DNA of 64,000 nucleotides from Escherichia coli (GTDB lineage Bacteria; Pseudomonadota; Gammaproteobacteria; Enterobacterales; Enterobacteriaceae): NCBI RefSeq assembly GCF_016026235.1, contig NZ_CP065613.1; one strand, 5' to 3'. Shown piece by piece: positions 9,974 to 25,849 of this stretch (position 1 is its first letter; each line of letters starts with the position of its first letter). The notes under the pieces were generated by a model. It saw only the letters and a program-made list of their open reading frames with translations, ran no database searches and was not told where the DNA came from. The position numbers and the translations under genes were made by a program.

Positions 9974-10167
9974 CCGACGCCATTCATGGCCATATCAATG
10001 ATTTTCTGGTGCGTACCGGGCTGAGAGGCGGTGTAAGTGAACTGTAGTTGCCATGTTTTACGGCAATGAGAGCAGAGATAGCGCTGATGTCCGGCAGTGC
10101 TTTTGCCGTTACGCACCACGCCTTCAGTAGCGGAGCAGGAAGGACATCTGATGGAAATGGAAGCCAC
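9892..10167 (-). CDS. insA: IS1 InsA
   Basis: 91-aa translation [43 protein letters not shown].. matches InsA. Confidence 0.95.
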
Positions 10168-10309
10168 GCAAGCACCTTAAAATCACCATCATACACTAAA
10201 TCAGTAAGTTGGCAGCATTACCTAACGGCATGTCTGCAAGAACCAGCATCTTTTGACTATCTGGCAACCGGCAGTGTGTTTTCTCACGCATCACAAAAGC
10301 AGCAGGCAT

Positions 10310-10336
10310 AAAAAAACCCGCTTGCGCGGGCTTTTT
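10310..10336 (-). terminator. rpsT intrinsic terminator
   Basis: Minus strand reads aaagcccgcgcaagcggg followed by a T run, just downstream of the rpsT stop. Confidence 0.75.
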
Positions 10337-10360
10337 CACAAAGCTTCAGCAAATTGGCGA

Positions 10361-10645
<285 letters not shown>

Positions 10646-10726
10646 CTATATGGACAATTCAAAGGCCGAGGAATATGCCCTTTTAGCCTTCTTTTGTCAA
10701 TGGATTTGTGCAAATAAGCGCCGTTA

Positions 10727-10945
10727 ATGTGCCGGCACTCGTTACGTAGTGATGGCGCAGGATTCTACCAGCTTGCGGGGTGTGAATACAGCTTTTCCGC
10801 GATAAAAATTGCAGCAGGCGGTCACTTTCTTCCCGTGATTTGCGCCATGGCAATGAAAAGCCACTTCTTTCTGATTTCGGTACTCAATCGCCGGTTAACC
10901 TTGACCGCTGTACAAGGTATACTCGGACGATTTTCACTGTTTTGA
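10727..10945 (+). CDS. yaaY: Small uncharacterised ORF annotated as yaaY in K-12
   Basis: 72-aa ORF directly upstream of ribF at the position of K-12 yaaY; coding status itself is uncertain. Confidence 0.4.
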   Translation: MCRHSLRSDGAGFYQLAGCEYSFSAIKIAAGGHFLPVICAMAMKSHFFLISVLNRRLTLTAVQGILGRFSLF

Positions 10946-10952
10946 GCCAGAC

Positions 10953-11894
10953 ATGAAGCTGATACGCGGCATACATAATCTCAGCCAGGCCCCGCAAGAA
11001 GGGTGTGTGCTGACTATTGGTAATTTCGACGGCGTGCATCGCGGTCATCGCGCGCTGTTACAGGGCTTGCAGGAAGAAGGGCGCAAGCGCAACTTACCGG
11101 TGATGGTGATGCTTTTTGAACCTCAACCACTGGAACTGTTTGCTACCGATAAAGCCCCGGCAAGACTGACCCGGCTGCGGGAAAAACTGCGTTACCTTGC
11201 AGAGTGTGGCGTTGATTACGTGCTGTGCGTGCGTTTCGACAGGCGTTTCGCGGCGTTAACCGCGCAAAATTTCATCAGCGATCTTCTGGTGAAGCATTTG
11301 CGCGTAAAATTTCTTGCCGTAGGGGATGATTTCCGCTTTGGCGCTGGTCGTGAAGGCGATTTCTTGTTATTACAGAAAGCTGGCATGGAATACGGCTTCG
11401 ATATCACCAGTACGCAAACTTTTTGCGAAGGTGGCGTGCGTATCAGCAGCACCGCTGTGCGTCAGGCGCTGGCGGATGACAATCTGGCTCTGGCAGAAAG
11501 TTTACTGGGGCACCCGTTTGCCATCTCCGGGCGTGTAGTCCACGGTGATGAATTAGGGCGCACTATAGGTTTCCCGACGGCGAATGTACCGCTACGCCGT
11601 CAGGTTTCCCCGGTGAAAGGGGTTTATGCGGTAGAAGTGCTGGGCCTCGGTGAAAAGCCGTTACCCGGCGTGGCAAACATTGGAACACGCCCAACGGTTG
11701 CCGGTATTCGCCAGCAGCTGGAAGTGCATTTGTTAGATGTTGCAATGGACCTTTACGGTCGCCATATACAAGTAGTGCTGCGTAAAAAAATACGCAATGA
11801 GCAGCGATTTGCGTCGCTGGACGAACTGAAAGCGCAGATTGCGCGTGATGAATTAACCGCCCGCGAATTTTTTGGGCTAACAAAACCGGCTTAA
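10953..11894 (+). CDS. ribF: Bifunctional riboflavin kinase / FMN adenylyltransferase
   Basis: 313 aa, MKLIRGIHNL..NFDGVHRGH.. matches RibF. Confidence 0.97.
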   Translation: MKLIRGIHNLSQAPQEGCVLTIGNFDGVHRGHRALLQGLQEEGRKRNLPVMVMLFEPQPLELFATDKAPARLTRLREKLRYLAECGVDYVLCVRFDRRFAALTAQNFISDLLVKHLRVKFLAVGDDFRFGAGREGDFLLLQKAGMEYGFDITSTQTFCEGGVRISSTAVRQALADDNLALAESLLGHPFAISGRVVHGDELGRTIGFPTANVPLRRQVSPVKGVYAVEVLGLGEKPLPGVANIGTRPTVAGIRQQLEVHLLDVAMDLYGRHIQVVLRKKIRNEQRFASLDELKAQIARDELTAREFFGLTKPA

Positions 11895-11936
11895 GCCTGT
11901 TATGTAATCAAACCGAAACACGGAACCGAGAATCTG

Positions 11937-14753
11937 ATGAGTGACTATAAATCAACCCTGAATTTGCCGGAAACAGGGTTCCCGATGCGTGGCGATCTCG
12001 CCAAGCGCGAACCGGGAATGCTGGCGCGTTGGACTGATGATGATCTGTACGGCATCATCCGTGCGGCTAAAAAAGGCAAAAAAACCTTCATTCTGCATGA
12101 TGGCCCTCCTTATGCGAATGGCAGCATTCATATTGGTCACTCGGTTAACAAGATTCTGAAAGACATTATCGTGAAGTCCAAAGGGCTTTCCGGTTATGAC
12201 TCGCCGTATGTGCCTGGCTGGGACTGCCACGGTCTGCCGATCGAGCTGAAAGTAGAGCAAGAATACGGTAAGCCGGGTGAGAAATTCACCGCCGCCGAGT
12301 TCCGCGCCAAGTGCCGCGAATACGCGGCGACCCAGGTTGACGGTCAACGCAAAGACTTTATCCGTCTGGGCGTGCTGGGCGACTGGTCGCACCCGTACCT
12401 GACCATGGACTTCAAAACTGAAGCCAACATCATCCGCGCGCTGGGCAAAATCATCGGCAACGGTCACCTGCACAAAGGCGCGAAGCCAGTTCACTGGTGC
12501 GTTGACTGCCGTTCTGCGCTGGCGGAAGCGGAAGTTGAGTATTACGACAAAACTTCTCCGTCCATCGACGTTGCTTTTCAGGCGGTCGATCAGGATGCAC
12601 TGAAAGCAAAATTTGCCGTAAGCAACGTTAACGGCCCAATCTCGCTGGTGATCTGGACCACTACGCCGTGGACTCTGCCTGCGAACCGCGCAATCTCTAT
12701 TGCACCTGATTTCGACTATGCGCTGGTGCAGATCGACGGTCAGGCCGTGATTCTGGCGAAAGATCTGGTTGAAAGCGTAATGCAGCGTATCGGCGTGACC
12801 GATTACACCATTCTCGGCACGGTAAAAGGTGCGGAGCTTGAGTTGCTGCGCTTTACCCATCCGTTTATGGGCTTCGACGTTCCGGCAATCCTCGGCGATC
12901 ACGTTACCCTGGATGCCGGTACCGGTGCCGTTCACACCGCGCCTGGCCACGGCCCGGACGACTATGTGATCGGTCAGAAATACGGCCTGGAAACCGCTAA
13001 CCCGGTTGGCCCGGACGGCACTTATCTGCTGGGCACTTATCCGACGCTGGATGGCGTGAACGTCTTCAAAGCGAACGACATCGTCGTTGCGCTGCTGCAG
13101 GAAAAAGGCGCGCTGCTGCACGTTGAGAAAATGCAGCACAGCTATCCGTGCTGCTGGCGTCACAAAACGCCGATCATCTTCCGCGCGACGCCGCAGTGGT
13201 TCGTCAGCATGGATCAGAAAGGTCTGCGTGCGCAGTCACTGAAAGAGATCAAAGGCGTGCAGTGGATCCCGGACTGGGGCCAGGCGCGTATCGAGTCGAT
13301 GGTTGCTAACCGTCCTGACTGGTGTATCTCCCGTCAGCGCACCTGGGGCGTACCGATGTCACTGTTCGTGCACAAAGACACGGAAGAGCTGCATCCGCGT
13401 ACTCTCGAACTAATGGAAGAAGTGGCAAAACGCGTTGAAGTTGACGGCATCCAGGCGTGGTGGGATCTCGATGCGAAGGAGATCCTCGGCGATGAAGCTG
13501 ATCAATACGTGAAAGTGCCGGATACGCTGGATGTATGGTTTGACTCCGGATCTACCCACTCTTCCGTTGTTGACGTGCGTCCGGAATTTGCCGGTCACGC
13601 AGCGGACATGTATCTGGAAGGTTCTGACCAGCACCGTGGTTGGTTCATGTCTTCCCTAATGATCTCCACCGCGATGAAAGGCAAAGCGCCGTATCGTCAG
13701 GTACTGACCCACGGCTTTACCGTGGATGGTCAGGGTCGCAAGATGTCTAAATCCATCGGCAACACCGTTTCGCCGCAGGATGTGATGAACAAACTGGGCG
13801 CGGATATTCTGCGTCTGTGGGTGGCATCAACCGACTACACCGGTGAAATGGCCGTTTCTGACGAGATCCTGAAACGTGCTGCCGATAGCTATCGTCGTAT
13901 CCGTAACACCGCGCGCTTCCTGCTGGCAAACCTGAACGGTTTTGATCCAGCAAAAGATATGGTGAAACCAGAAGAGATGGTGGTACTGGATCGCTGGGCC
14001 GTAGGTTGTGCGAAAGCGGCACAGGAAGACATCCTCAAGGCGTACGAAGCATACGATTTCCACGAAGTGGTACAGCGTCTGATGCGCTTCTGCTCCGTTG
14101 AGATGGGTTCCTTCTACCTCGACATCATCAAAGACCGTCAGTACACCGCCAAAGCGGACAGTGTGGCGCGTCGTAGCTGCCAGACTGCGCTGTATCACAT
14201 CGCAGAAGCGCTGGTGCGCTGGATGGCACCAATCCTCTCCTTCACCGCTGATGAAGTGTGGGGCTACCTGCCGGGCGAACGTGAAAAATACGTCTTCACC
14301 GGTGAGTGGTACGAAGGCCTGTTTGGCCTGGCAGACAGTGAAGCGATGAACGATGCGTTCTGGGACGAGCTGTTGAAAGTGCGTGGCGAAGTGAACAAAG
14401 TCATTGAGCAAGCGCGTGCCGACAAGAAAGTGGGTGGCTCGCTGGAAGCGGCAGTAACCTTGTATGCAGAACCGGAACTGTCGGCGAAACTGACCGCGCT
14501 GGGCGATGAATTACGATTTGTCCTGTTGACCTCCGGCGCTACCGTTGCAGACTATAACGACGCACCTGCTGATGCTCAGCAGAGCGAAGTACTCAAAGGG
14601 CTGAAAGTCGCGTTGAGTAAAGCCGAAGGTGAGAAGTGCCCACGCTGCTGGCACTACACCCAGGATGTCGGCAAGGTGGCGGAACACGCAGAAATCTGCG
14701 GCCGCTGTGTCAGCAACGTCGCCGGTGACGGTGAAAAACGTAAGTTTGCCTGA
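11937..14753 (+). CDS. ileS: Isoleucyl-tRNA synthetase
   Basis: 938 aa with class I HIGH ([11 protein letters not shown]) and KMSKS motifs. Confidence 0.98.
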
Positions 14754-15247
14754 TGAGTCAATCGATCTGTTCAACAGGGCTACGCTGGCTGTGGCTGGTG
14801 GTAGTCGTGCTGATTATCGATCTGGGCAGCAAATACCTGATCCTCCAGAACTTTGCTCTGGGGGATACGGTCCCGCTGTTCCCGTCGCTTAATCTGCATT
14901 ATGCGCGTAACTATGGCGCGGCGTTTAGTTTCCTTGCCGATAGCGGCGGCTGGCAGCGTTGGTTCTTTGCCGGTATTGCGATTGGTATTAGCGTGATCCT
15001 GGCAGTGATGATGTATCGCTCGAAGGCCACGCAGAAGCTAAACAATATCGCTTACGCGCTGATTATTGGCGGCGCGCTGGGCAACCTGTTCGACCGCCTG
15101 TGGCACGGCTTCGTTGTCGATATGATCGACTTCTACGTCGGTGACTGGCATTTCGCCACCTTCAACCTTGCCGATACTGCCATTTGTGTCGGTGCGGCAC
15201 TGATTGTGCTGGAAGGTTTTTTACCTTCTAAAGCGAAAAAACAATAA
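14753..15247 (+). CDS. lspA: Lipoprotein signal peptidase II
   Basis: 164-aa membrane protein; start overlaps the ileS stop (ATGA). Confidence 0.97.
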
Positions 15248-15253
15248 TAAACC

Positions 15254-15341
<88 letters not shown>

Positions 15342-15372
15342 AAAAATCCTCAAAATATAAGAGCAAACCTGC

Positions 15373-15822
15373 ATGTCTGAATCTGTACAGAGCAATAGCG
15401 CCGTCCTGGTGCACTTCACGCTAAAACTCGACGATGGCACCACCGCCGAGTCTACCCGCAACAACGGTAAACCGGCGCTGTTCCGCCTGGGCGATGCTTC
15501 TCTTTCTGAAGGGCTGGAGCAACACCTGTTGGGGCTGAAAGTGGGCGATAAAACCACCTTCTCGCTGGAGCCCGATGCGGCGTTTGGCGTGCCGTCACCG
15601 GACCTGATTCAGTACTTCTCCCGCCGTGAATTTATGGATGCAGGCGAGCCAGAAATTGGCGCAATTATGCTTTTTACCGCAATGGATGGCAGTGAGATGC
15701 CTGGCGTGATCCGCGAAATTAACGGCGACTCCATTACCGTTGATTTCAACCATCCGCTGGCCGGGCAGACCGTTCATTTTGATATTGAAGTGCTGGAAAT
15801 CGATCCGGCACTGGAGGCGTAA
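15373..15822 (+). CDS. fkpB: FKBP-type peptidyl-prolyl isomerase
   Basis: 149 aa, [23 protein letters not shown].. Confidence 0.95.
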
Positions 15823-15823
15823 C

Positions 15824-16774
15824 ATGCAGATCCTGTTGGCCAACCCGCGTGGTTTTTGTGCCGGGGTAGACCGCGCTATCAGCATTGTTGAAAACGCGCT
15901 GGCCATTTACGGCGCACCGATATATGTCCGTCACGAAGTGGTGCATAACCGCTACGTGGTCGATAGCCTGCGCGAGCGTGGGGCTATCTTTATTGAGCAG
16001 ATTAGCGAAGTGCCGGACGGTGCGATCCTGATTTTCTCCGCACACGGTGTTTCTCAGGCGGTTCGTAACGAAGCGAAAAGCCGCGATTTGACGGTATTCG
16101 ATGCCACCTGTCCGCTGGTGACCAAAGTGCATATGGAAGTTGCCCGCGCCAGTCGCCGTGGCGAAGAATCTATTCTCATCGGCCACGCCGGGCACCCGGA
16201 AGTGGAAGGGACGATGGGTCAGTACAGCAACCCGGAAGGGGGAATGTATCTGGTCGAATCGCCAGACGATGTGTGGAAACTGACGGTCAAAAACGAAGAG
16301 AAGCTCTCCTTTATGACCCAAACCACGCTGTCGGTGGATGACACGTCTGATGTGATCGACGCGCTGCGTAAACGCTTCCCGAAAATTGTCGGTCCGCGCA
16401 AAGATGACATCTGCTACGCCACGACTAACCGACAGGAAGCTGTACGCGCCCTGGCAAAGCAGGCGGAAGTGGTGCTGGTGGTCGGTTCGAAAAACTCCTC
16501 CAACTCCAACCGTCTGGCGGAACTGGCCCAGCGCATGGGCAAACGCGCGTTTTTGATTGACGATGCGAAAGATATCCAGGAAGAGTGGGTGAAAGAGGTT
16601 AAATGCGTCGGCGTGACTGCGGGTGCATCGGCTCCGGATATTCTGGTGCAGAATGTGGTGGCACGTTTGCAGCAGCTGGGCGGTGGTGAAGCCATTCCGC
16701 TGGAAGGCCGTGAAGAAAACATTGTTTTCGAAGTGCCGAAAGAGCTGCGTGTCGATATTCGTGAAGTCGATTAA
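15824..16774 (+). CDS. ispH: 4-hydroxy-3-methylbut-2-enyl diphosphate reductase
   Basis: 316 aa from the ATG at 15824 ([19 protein letters not shown]..); the ORF track extends upstream into fkpB in another frame. Confidence 0.97.
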   Translation: MQILLANPRGFCAGVDRAISIVENALAIYGAPIYVRHEVVHNRYVVDSLRERGAIFIEQISEVPDGAILIFSAHGVSQAVRNEAKSRDLTVFDATCPLVTKVHMEVARASRRGEESILIGHAGHPEVEGTMGQYSNPEGGMYLVESPDDVWKLTVKNEEKLSFMTQTTLSVDDTSDVIDALRKRFPKIVGPRKDDICYATTNRQEAVRALAKQAEVVLVVGSKNSSNSNRLAELAQRMGKRAFLIDDAKDIQEEWVKEVKCVGVTAGASAPDILVQNVVARLQQLGGGEAIPLEGREENIVFEVPKELRVDIREVD

Positions 16775-16800
16775 GTCATTAGCAGCCTAAGTTATGCGAA

Positions 16801-16829
16801 AATGCCGGTCTTGTTACCGGCATTTTTTA
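16801..16829 (+). terminator. Intrinsic terminator after ispH
   Basis: gccggtcttgttaccggc hairpin followed by tttttt. Confidence 0.75.
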
Positions 16830-16839
16830 TGGAGAAAAC

Positions 16840-17754
16840 ATGCGTTTACCTATCTTCCTCGATACAGACCCCGGCATCGACGATGCCGTCGCCATTGCCG
16901 CCGCGATTTTTGCCCCCGAACTCGACCTGCAACTGATGACCACCGTCGCGGGTAATGTCTCGGTTGAGAAAACCACCCGCAACGCCCTGCAACTGCTGCA
17001 TTTCTGGAATGCGGAGATTCCGCTCGCCCAGGGAGCCGCTGTGCCGCTGGTACGCGCACCGCGTGATGCGGCATCTGTGCACGGCGAATCGGGAATGGCT
17101 GGCTACGACTTTGTTGAGCACAACCGAAAGCCGCTCGGGATACCAGCGTTTCTGGCGATTCGGGATGCCCTGATGCGTGCACCAGAGCCCGTTACCCTGG
17201 TGGCCATCGGCCCGTTAACCAATATTGCGCTGTTACTTTCACAATGCCCGGAATGTAAACCGTATATTCGTCGTCTGGTGATCATGGGCGGTTCTGCTGG
17301 TCGCGGCAACTGCACACCAAACGCCGAGTTTAATATCGCTGCCGATCCAGAAGCGGCTGCCTGTGTCTTCCGTAGCGGCATCGAAATCGTCATGTGCGGT
17401 CTGGATGTCACCAATCAGGCAATATTAACCCCTGACTATCTCGCTACTTTGCCGGAGTTGAATCGCACCGGAAAAATGCTCCACGCCCTGTTTAGCCACT
17501 ACCGTAGCGGCAGTATGCAAAGTGGACTGCGTATGCACGATCTTTGCGCTATTGCCTGGCTGGTGCGCCCGGAATTGTTCACTCTCAAACCGTGTTTTGT
17601 GGCAGTGGAAACTCAGGGCGAATTTACCTCAGGCACGACGGTGGTTGATATCGACGGTTGCCTGGGCAAACCAGCCAATGTAAAGGTGGCATTGGATCTG
17701 GATGTGAAAGGCTTCCAGCAGTGGGTGGCTGAGGTGCTGGCTCTGGCGTCGTAA
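16840..17754 (+). CDS. rihC: Non-specific ribonucleoside hydrolase
   Basis: 304 aa with the N-terminal DTDPGIDDA nucleoside hydrolase motif. Confidence 0.95.
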   Translation: MRLPIFLDTDPGIDDAVAIAAAIFAPELDLQLMTTVAGNVSVEKTTRNALQLLHFWNAEIPLAQGAAVPLVRAPRDAASVHGESGMAGYDFVEHNRKPLGIPAFLAIRDALMRAPEPVTLVAIGPLTNIALLLSQCPECKPYIRRLVIMGGSAGRGNCTPNAEFNIAADPEAAACVFRSGIEIVMCGLDVTNQAILTPDYLATLPELNRTGKMLHALFSHYRSGSMQSGLRMHDLCAIAWLVRPELFTLKPCFVAVETQGEFTSGTTVVDIDGCLGKPANVKVALDLDVKGFQQWVAEVLALAS

Positions 17755-17905
17755 CCTGTCACATGTTATCGGCATGCAGTCATTCATCGACTCATGCCTT
17801 TCACTGATATCCCTCCCTGTTTATCATTAATTTCTAATTATCAGCGTTTTTGGCTGGCGGCGTAGCGATGCGCTGGTTACTCTGAAAACGGTCTATGCAA
17901 ATTAA

Positions 17906-18742
<837 letters not shown>

Positions 18743-18794
18743 CCACAAAATATTTGTTATGGTGCAAAAATAACACATTTAATTTATTGATTAT

Positions 18795-18826
18795 AAAGGG
18801 CTTTAATTTTTGGCCCTTTTATTTTT
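18795..18826 (+). terminator. Intrinsic terminator after dapB
   Basis: aaagggc...gcccttt stem followed by a T run. Confidence 0.6.
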
Positions 18827-19139
18827 AGTGTTATGTTTTTAAATTGTCTATAAGTGCCAAAAATTACATGTTTTGTCTTCGGTTTTTGTTGTTTTAATGT
18901 AAAATTTGACCATTTGGTCCACTTTTCCCTGCTCGCTTTTATTTCATGCAATCTTCTTGCTGCGCAAGCGTTTTCCAGAACAGGTTATATAATCTTTTTG
19001 TCGCTTAATGCCTGTAAAACATGCATGAGCCACAAAATAATATAAAAAATCCCGCCATTAAGTTGACTTTTAGCGCCCATATCTCCAGAATGCCGCCGTT
19101 TGCCAGAAATTCGTCGGTAAGCAGATTTGCATTGATTTA

Positions 19140-19197
19140 CGTCATCATTGTGAATTAATATGCAAATAAAGTGAGTGAATATTCTCTGGAGGGTGTT
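19140..19197 (+). promoter_or_regulatory. carAB P2 promoter region with tandem ArgR boxes
   Basis: tgaattaatatgcaaata and agtgagtgaatattctct match the ARG box consensus immediately upstream of the carA TTG start. Confidence 0.65.
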
Positions 19198-20346
19198 TTG
19201 ATTAAGTCAGCGCTATTGGTTCTGGAAGACGGAACCCAGTTTCACGGTCGGGCCATAGGGGCAACAGGTTCGGCGGTTGGGGAAGTCGTTTTCAATACTT
19301 CAATGACCGGTTATCAAGAAATCCTCACTGATCCTTCCTATTCTCGTCAAATCGTTACTCTTACTTATCCCCATATTGGCAATGTCGGCACTAATGACGC
19401 CGATGAAGAATCTTCTCAGGTACATGCACAAGGTCTGGTGATTCGCGACCTGCCGCTGATTGCCAGCAACTTCCGTAATACCGAAGACCTCTCTTCTTAC
19501 CTGAAGCGCCATAACATCGTGGCGATTGCCGATATCGATACCCGTAAGCTGACGCGTTTACTGCGCGAGAAAGGCGCACAGAATGGCTGCATTATCGCAG
19601 GCGATAACCCGGATGCGGCGTTGGCGTTAGAAAAAGCCCGCGCGTTCCCAGGTCTGAATGGCATGGATCTGGCAAAAGAAGTGACCACCGCAGAAGCCTA
19701 TAGCTGGACACAAGGGAGCTGGACGTTGACCGGCGGCCTGCCAGAAGCGAAAAAAGAAGACGAGCTGCCGTTCCACGTCGTGGCTTATGATTTTGGTGCC
19801 AAGCGCAACATCCTGCGGATGCTGGTGGATAGAGGCTGTCGCCTGACCATCGTTCCGGCGCAAACTTCTGCGGAAGATGTGCTGAAAATGAATCCAGACG
19901 GCATCTTCCTCTCCAACGGTCCTGGCGACCCGGCCCCGTGCGATTACGCCATTACCGCCATCCAGAAATTCCTCGAAACCGATATTCCGGTATTCGGCAT
20001 CTGCCTCGGTCATCAGCTGCTGGCGCTGGCGAGCGGTGCGAAGACTGTCAAAATGAAATTTGGTCACCACGGCGGCAACCATCCGGTTAAAGATGTGGAG
20101 AAAAACGTGGTGATGATCACCGCCCAGAACCACGGTTTTGCGGTGGATGAAGCAACATTACCTGCAAACCTGCGTGTCACGCATAAATCCCTGTTTGACG
20201 GTACGTTACAGGGCATTCATCGCACTGATAAACCGGCGTTCAGCTTCCAGGGTCACCCGGAAGCCAGCCCTGGGCCACACGACGCAGCGCCGTTGTTCGA
20301 CCACTTTATCGAGTTAATTGAGCAGTACCGTAAAACCGCTAAGTAA
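19198..20346 (+). CDS. carA: Carbamoyl-phosphate synthase small subunit
   Basis: 382 aa from the TTG at 19198 ([21 protein letters not shown]..); glutamine amidotransferase motif GICLGHQ. Confidence 0.97.
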
Positions 20347-20363
20347 TCAGGAGTAAAAGAGCC

Positions 20364-23585
<3,222 letters not shown>

Positions 23586-23637
23586 TAGCGTGTCATGGCG
23601 GATATTTTTCATCCGCTAATTTGATCGAATAACTAAT

Positions 23638-23666
23638 ACGGTTCTCTGATGAGGACCGTTTTTTTT
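23638..23666 (+). terminator. Intrinsic terminator after carB
   Basis: acggttctc tgatg aggaccgt hairpin followed by tttttttt. Confidence 0.7.
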
Positions 23667-23845
23667 GCCCATTAAGTAAATCTTTTGGGGAATCGATATT
23701 TTTGATGACATAAGCAGGATTTAGCTCACACTTATCGACGGTGAAGTTGCATACTATCGATATATCCACAATTTTAATATGGCCTTGTTTAATTGCTTCA
23801 AAACGAGTCATAGCCAGACTTTTAATTTGTGAAACTGGAGTTCGT

Positions 23846-24241
23846 ATGTGTGAAGGATATGTTGAAAAACCACTCTACTTGTTAATCGCCGAATGGATGA
23901 TGGCTGAAAATCGGTGGGTGATAGCAAGAGAGATCTCTATTCATTTCGATATTGAACACAGCAAGGCGGTTAATACCCTGACTTATATTCTGTCGGAAGT
24001 CACAGAAATAAGCTGCGAAGTTAAGATGATCCCTAATAAGCTGGAAGGGCGGGGATGCCAGTGTCAGCGACTGGTTAAAGTGGTCGATATCGATGAGCAA
24101 ATTTACGCGCGCCTGCGCAATAACAGTCGGGAAAAATTAGTCGGCGTAAGAAAGACACCGCGTATTCCTGCCGTTCCGCTCACGGAACTTAACCGCGAGC
24201 AGAAGTGGCAGATGATGTTGTCAAAGAGTATGCGTCGTTAA
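23846..24241 (+). CDS. caiF: Transcriptional activator of the cai/fix operons
   Basis: 131 aa from MCEGYVEKPLYLLIAEW..; the ORF track start lies upstream in the same frame. Confidence 0.9.
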   Translation: MCEGYVEKPLYLLIAEWMMAENRWVIAREISIHFDIEHSKAVNTLTYILSEVTEISCEVKMIPNKLEGRGCQCQRLVKVVDIDEQIYARLRNNSREKLVGVRKTPRIPAVPLTELNREQKWQMMLSKSMRR

Positions 24242-24261
24242 TGTCATTTCGATGATACCGT

Positions 24262-24355
24262 GCGACCTGGTCGCCGGATGCGATGCTGGCGCATCTTATC
24301 CGGCCTACGGTTGCTCTCCAGCAGAGTTGGATAAGGCGTTTACGCCGCATCCGGC
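24262..24355. repeat. REP/BIME element
   Basis: gccggatgcgatgctggcgcatcttatccggcctac plus inverted partner. Confidence 0.85.
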
Positions 24356-24359
24356 AAGA

Positions 24360-24950
24360 TCACCGTTTAGGCGTCACATCCGTCGTCCCCTGCAAACGGG
24401 GGCGATTTTCCTCCATTTTCCTCAGTGGCTGCGTTTCATGTAACGATGCATGACAGCGCCCGACAAGATCCTGATACTCTTTGGTATTCAACCGTTTCCA
24501 GTGTAACTCGTCGTCACTAACATTGCGTACAGCGCGGGCTGGCGTACCCATCAACAACTGGCGTTTCTCGCCACTAAAGCCTGCTTTGACAAAGCTCATG
24601 GCGGCAACAATGCTCTCTTCGCCAATGACCGCGCCATCCATAATCACGCTGTTCATCCCGACCAATGCATCGCGACCAATCACACAACCATGCAGGATCG
24701 CTCCGTGCCCGATATGGCCGTTTTCCCCAACGATGGTGTCAGTGTCGCAGTAGCCATGCATAATGCAGCCATCCTGAATATTGGCTCCCGCTTGCACGAT
24801 CAACCGCCCGTAGTCACCACGCAGTGAGGCGAGTGGGCCGATGTAGACACCGGCTCCCACAATCACATCGCCAATCAAGACGGCACAGGGATGGACAAAC
24901 GCCGTCGGGTGAACCACCGGAATTACCCCCTCAAAGGCGTAATAGCTCAC
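24360..24950 (-). CDS. caiE: Carnitine operon protein CaiE (hexapeptide-repeat family)
   Basis: Left-handed beta-helix repeat protein; the 196-aa form starts at the GTG (VSYYAFEG); the ORF track allows 24971. Confidence 0.9.
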   Translation of the reverse strand: MSYYAFEGVIPVVHPTAFVHPCAVLIGDVIVGAGVYIGPLASLRGDYGRLIVQAGANIQDGCIMHGYCDTDTIVGENGHIGHGAILHGCVIGRDALVGMNSVIMDGAVIGEESIVAAMSFVKAGFSGEKRQLLMGTPARAVRNVSDDELHWKRLNTKEYQDLVGRCHASLHETQPLRKMEENRPRLQGTTDVTPKR

Positions 24951-24955
24951 GGTTG

Positions 24956-25849
24956 TTAACGTCCTTTCCACACCGGATCGCGCTTCTCGGCAAACGCCAG
25001 CGGCCCTTCAATGGCATCCTCCGAATGCAGAACCGACGGATAGTGTTTCAACACGCCGCTGCGAATATAGCGATACGCTTCTTCTACCGGCATTTCGCTG
25101 GTGGTGCGGTAGATCTCTTTCAGCGCCGCAATCGCCAGCGGGGCGCTGTTAACCAGCTGCTGCGCCAGTTCGCGGGCGTTATCCATCAGTTCCGCCTGGC
25201 TAACCACGCGGTTGACTATCCCCCAACGCAGCGCCTCTTCTGCGCCCATTCGTCTGCCGGTCATCACCATTTCATTGACGATGGCAGGCGGCAGGATCTT
25301 CGGCAGACGCAGCACGCCGCCGCTGTCAGGAACGATGCCCAGTTTGGCTTCCGGCAGGGCGAAGCTGGCATTATCGGCACAAACAATAAAATCTGCCGCC
25401 AGCGCCAGTTCAAAGCCGCCGCCAAAGGCATAGCCGTTCACAGCTGCGATAACCGGTTTGTCGAGATTGAAAATTTCGGTTAATCCCGCAAAACCACCCG
25501 GACCAAAGTCAGCATCCGGTGCTTCGCCTTCTGCTGCCGCTTTTAAATCCCAGCCCGCGGAAAAGAACTTCTCTCCGGCACCGGTAATAATGGCGACACG
25601 TAATTGCGGATCGTCACGGAAATTTAGAAATACTTCGCCCATTTCAAAGCTGGTTTTTGCATCAATAGCATTCGCTTTTGGGCGATCAAGGGTAATTTCC
25701 AGAATTGATCCATTGCGGGTCAGATGTAATGATTCACTCATTCCTTTTCTCCATTTTTGCTTTTTCAGGGACGACAACATCCCTGCAAAAAATGCATATT
25801 GTTTTAGAACGTGATTATTAGCTGGCAGGGTAGTTCCCTGCCGTTTCAT
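24956..25849 (-). CDS. caiD: Carnitinyl-CoA dehydratase (crotonase family)
   Basis: 297-codon ORF; enoyl-CoA hydratase fold; a shorter start at MSESLHLT (25741) is also possible. Confidence 0.92.
   Translation of the reverse strand: MKRQGTTLPANNHVLKQYAFFAGMLSSLKKQKWRKGMSESLHLTRNGSILEITLDRPKANAIDAKTSFEMGEVFLNFRDDPQLRVAIITGAGEKFFSAGWDLKAAAEGEAPDADFGPGGFAGLTEIFNLDKPVIAAVNGYAFGGGFELALAADFIVCADNASFALPEAKLGIVPDSGGVLRLPKILPPAIVNEMVMTGRRMGAEEALRWGIVNRVVSQAELMDNARELAQQLVNSAPLAIAALKEIYRTTSEMPVEEAYRYIRSGVLKHYPSVLHSEDAIEGPLAFAEKRDPVWKGR

Larger units (their letters stand above)
9455..10222 (-). mobile_element. IS1 (768 bp)
   Basis: Terminal inverted repeats ggtaatgactccaacttactgat (9455) and atcagtaagttggcagcattacc (to 10222); contains insA and insB and the A6C frameshift motif (gagttttttaa on the plus strand, about 9907-9917). 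No 9-bp target duplication: flanks are ccataattt and taacggcat. Confidence 0.95.

Noticed and set aside
11952-13163. Long minus-strand ORF (403 aa) antisense to ileS; similar long antisense ORFs at 20253-21551 and 21624-22727 (opposite carA/carB), 56951-58108 (opposite araA/araB), 13827-14411 and 15746-16321
   Set aside because: Each lies entirely within a well-conserved gene on the other strand, has Arg/His-rich low-complexity composition typical of antisense frames in GC-rich coding DNA, and lacks a ribosome-binding site; treated as non-coding.
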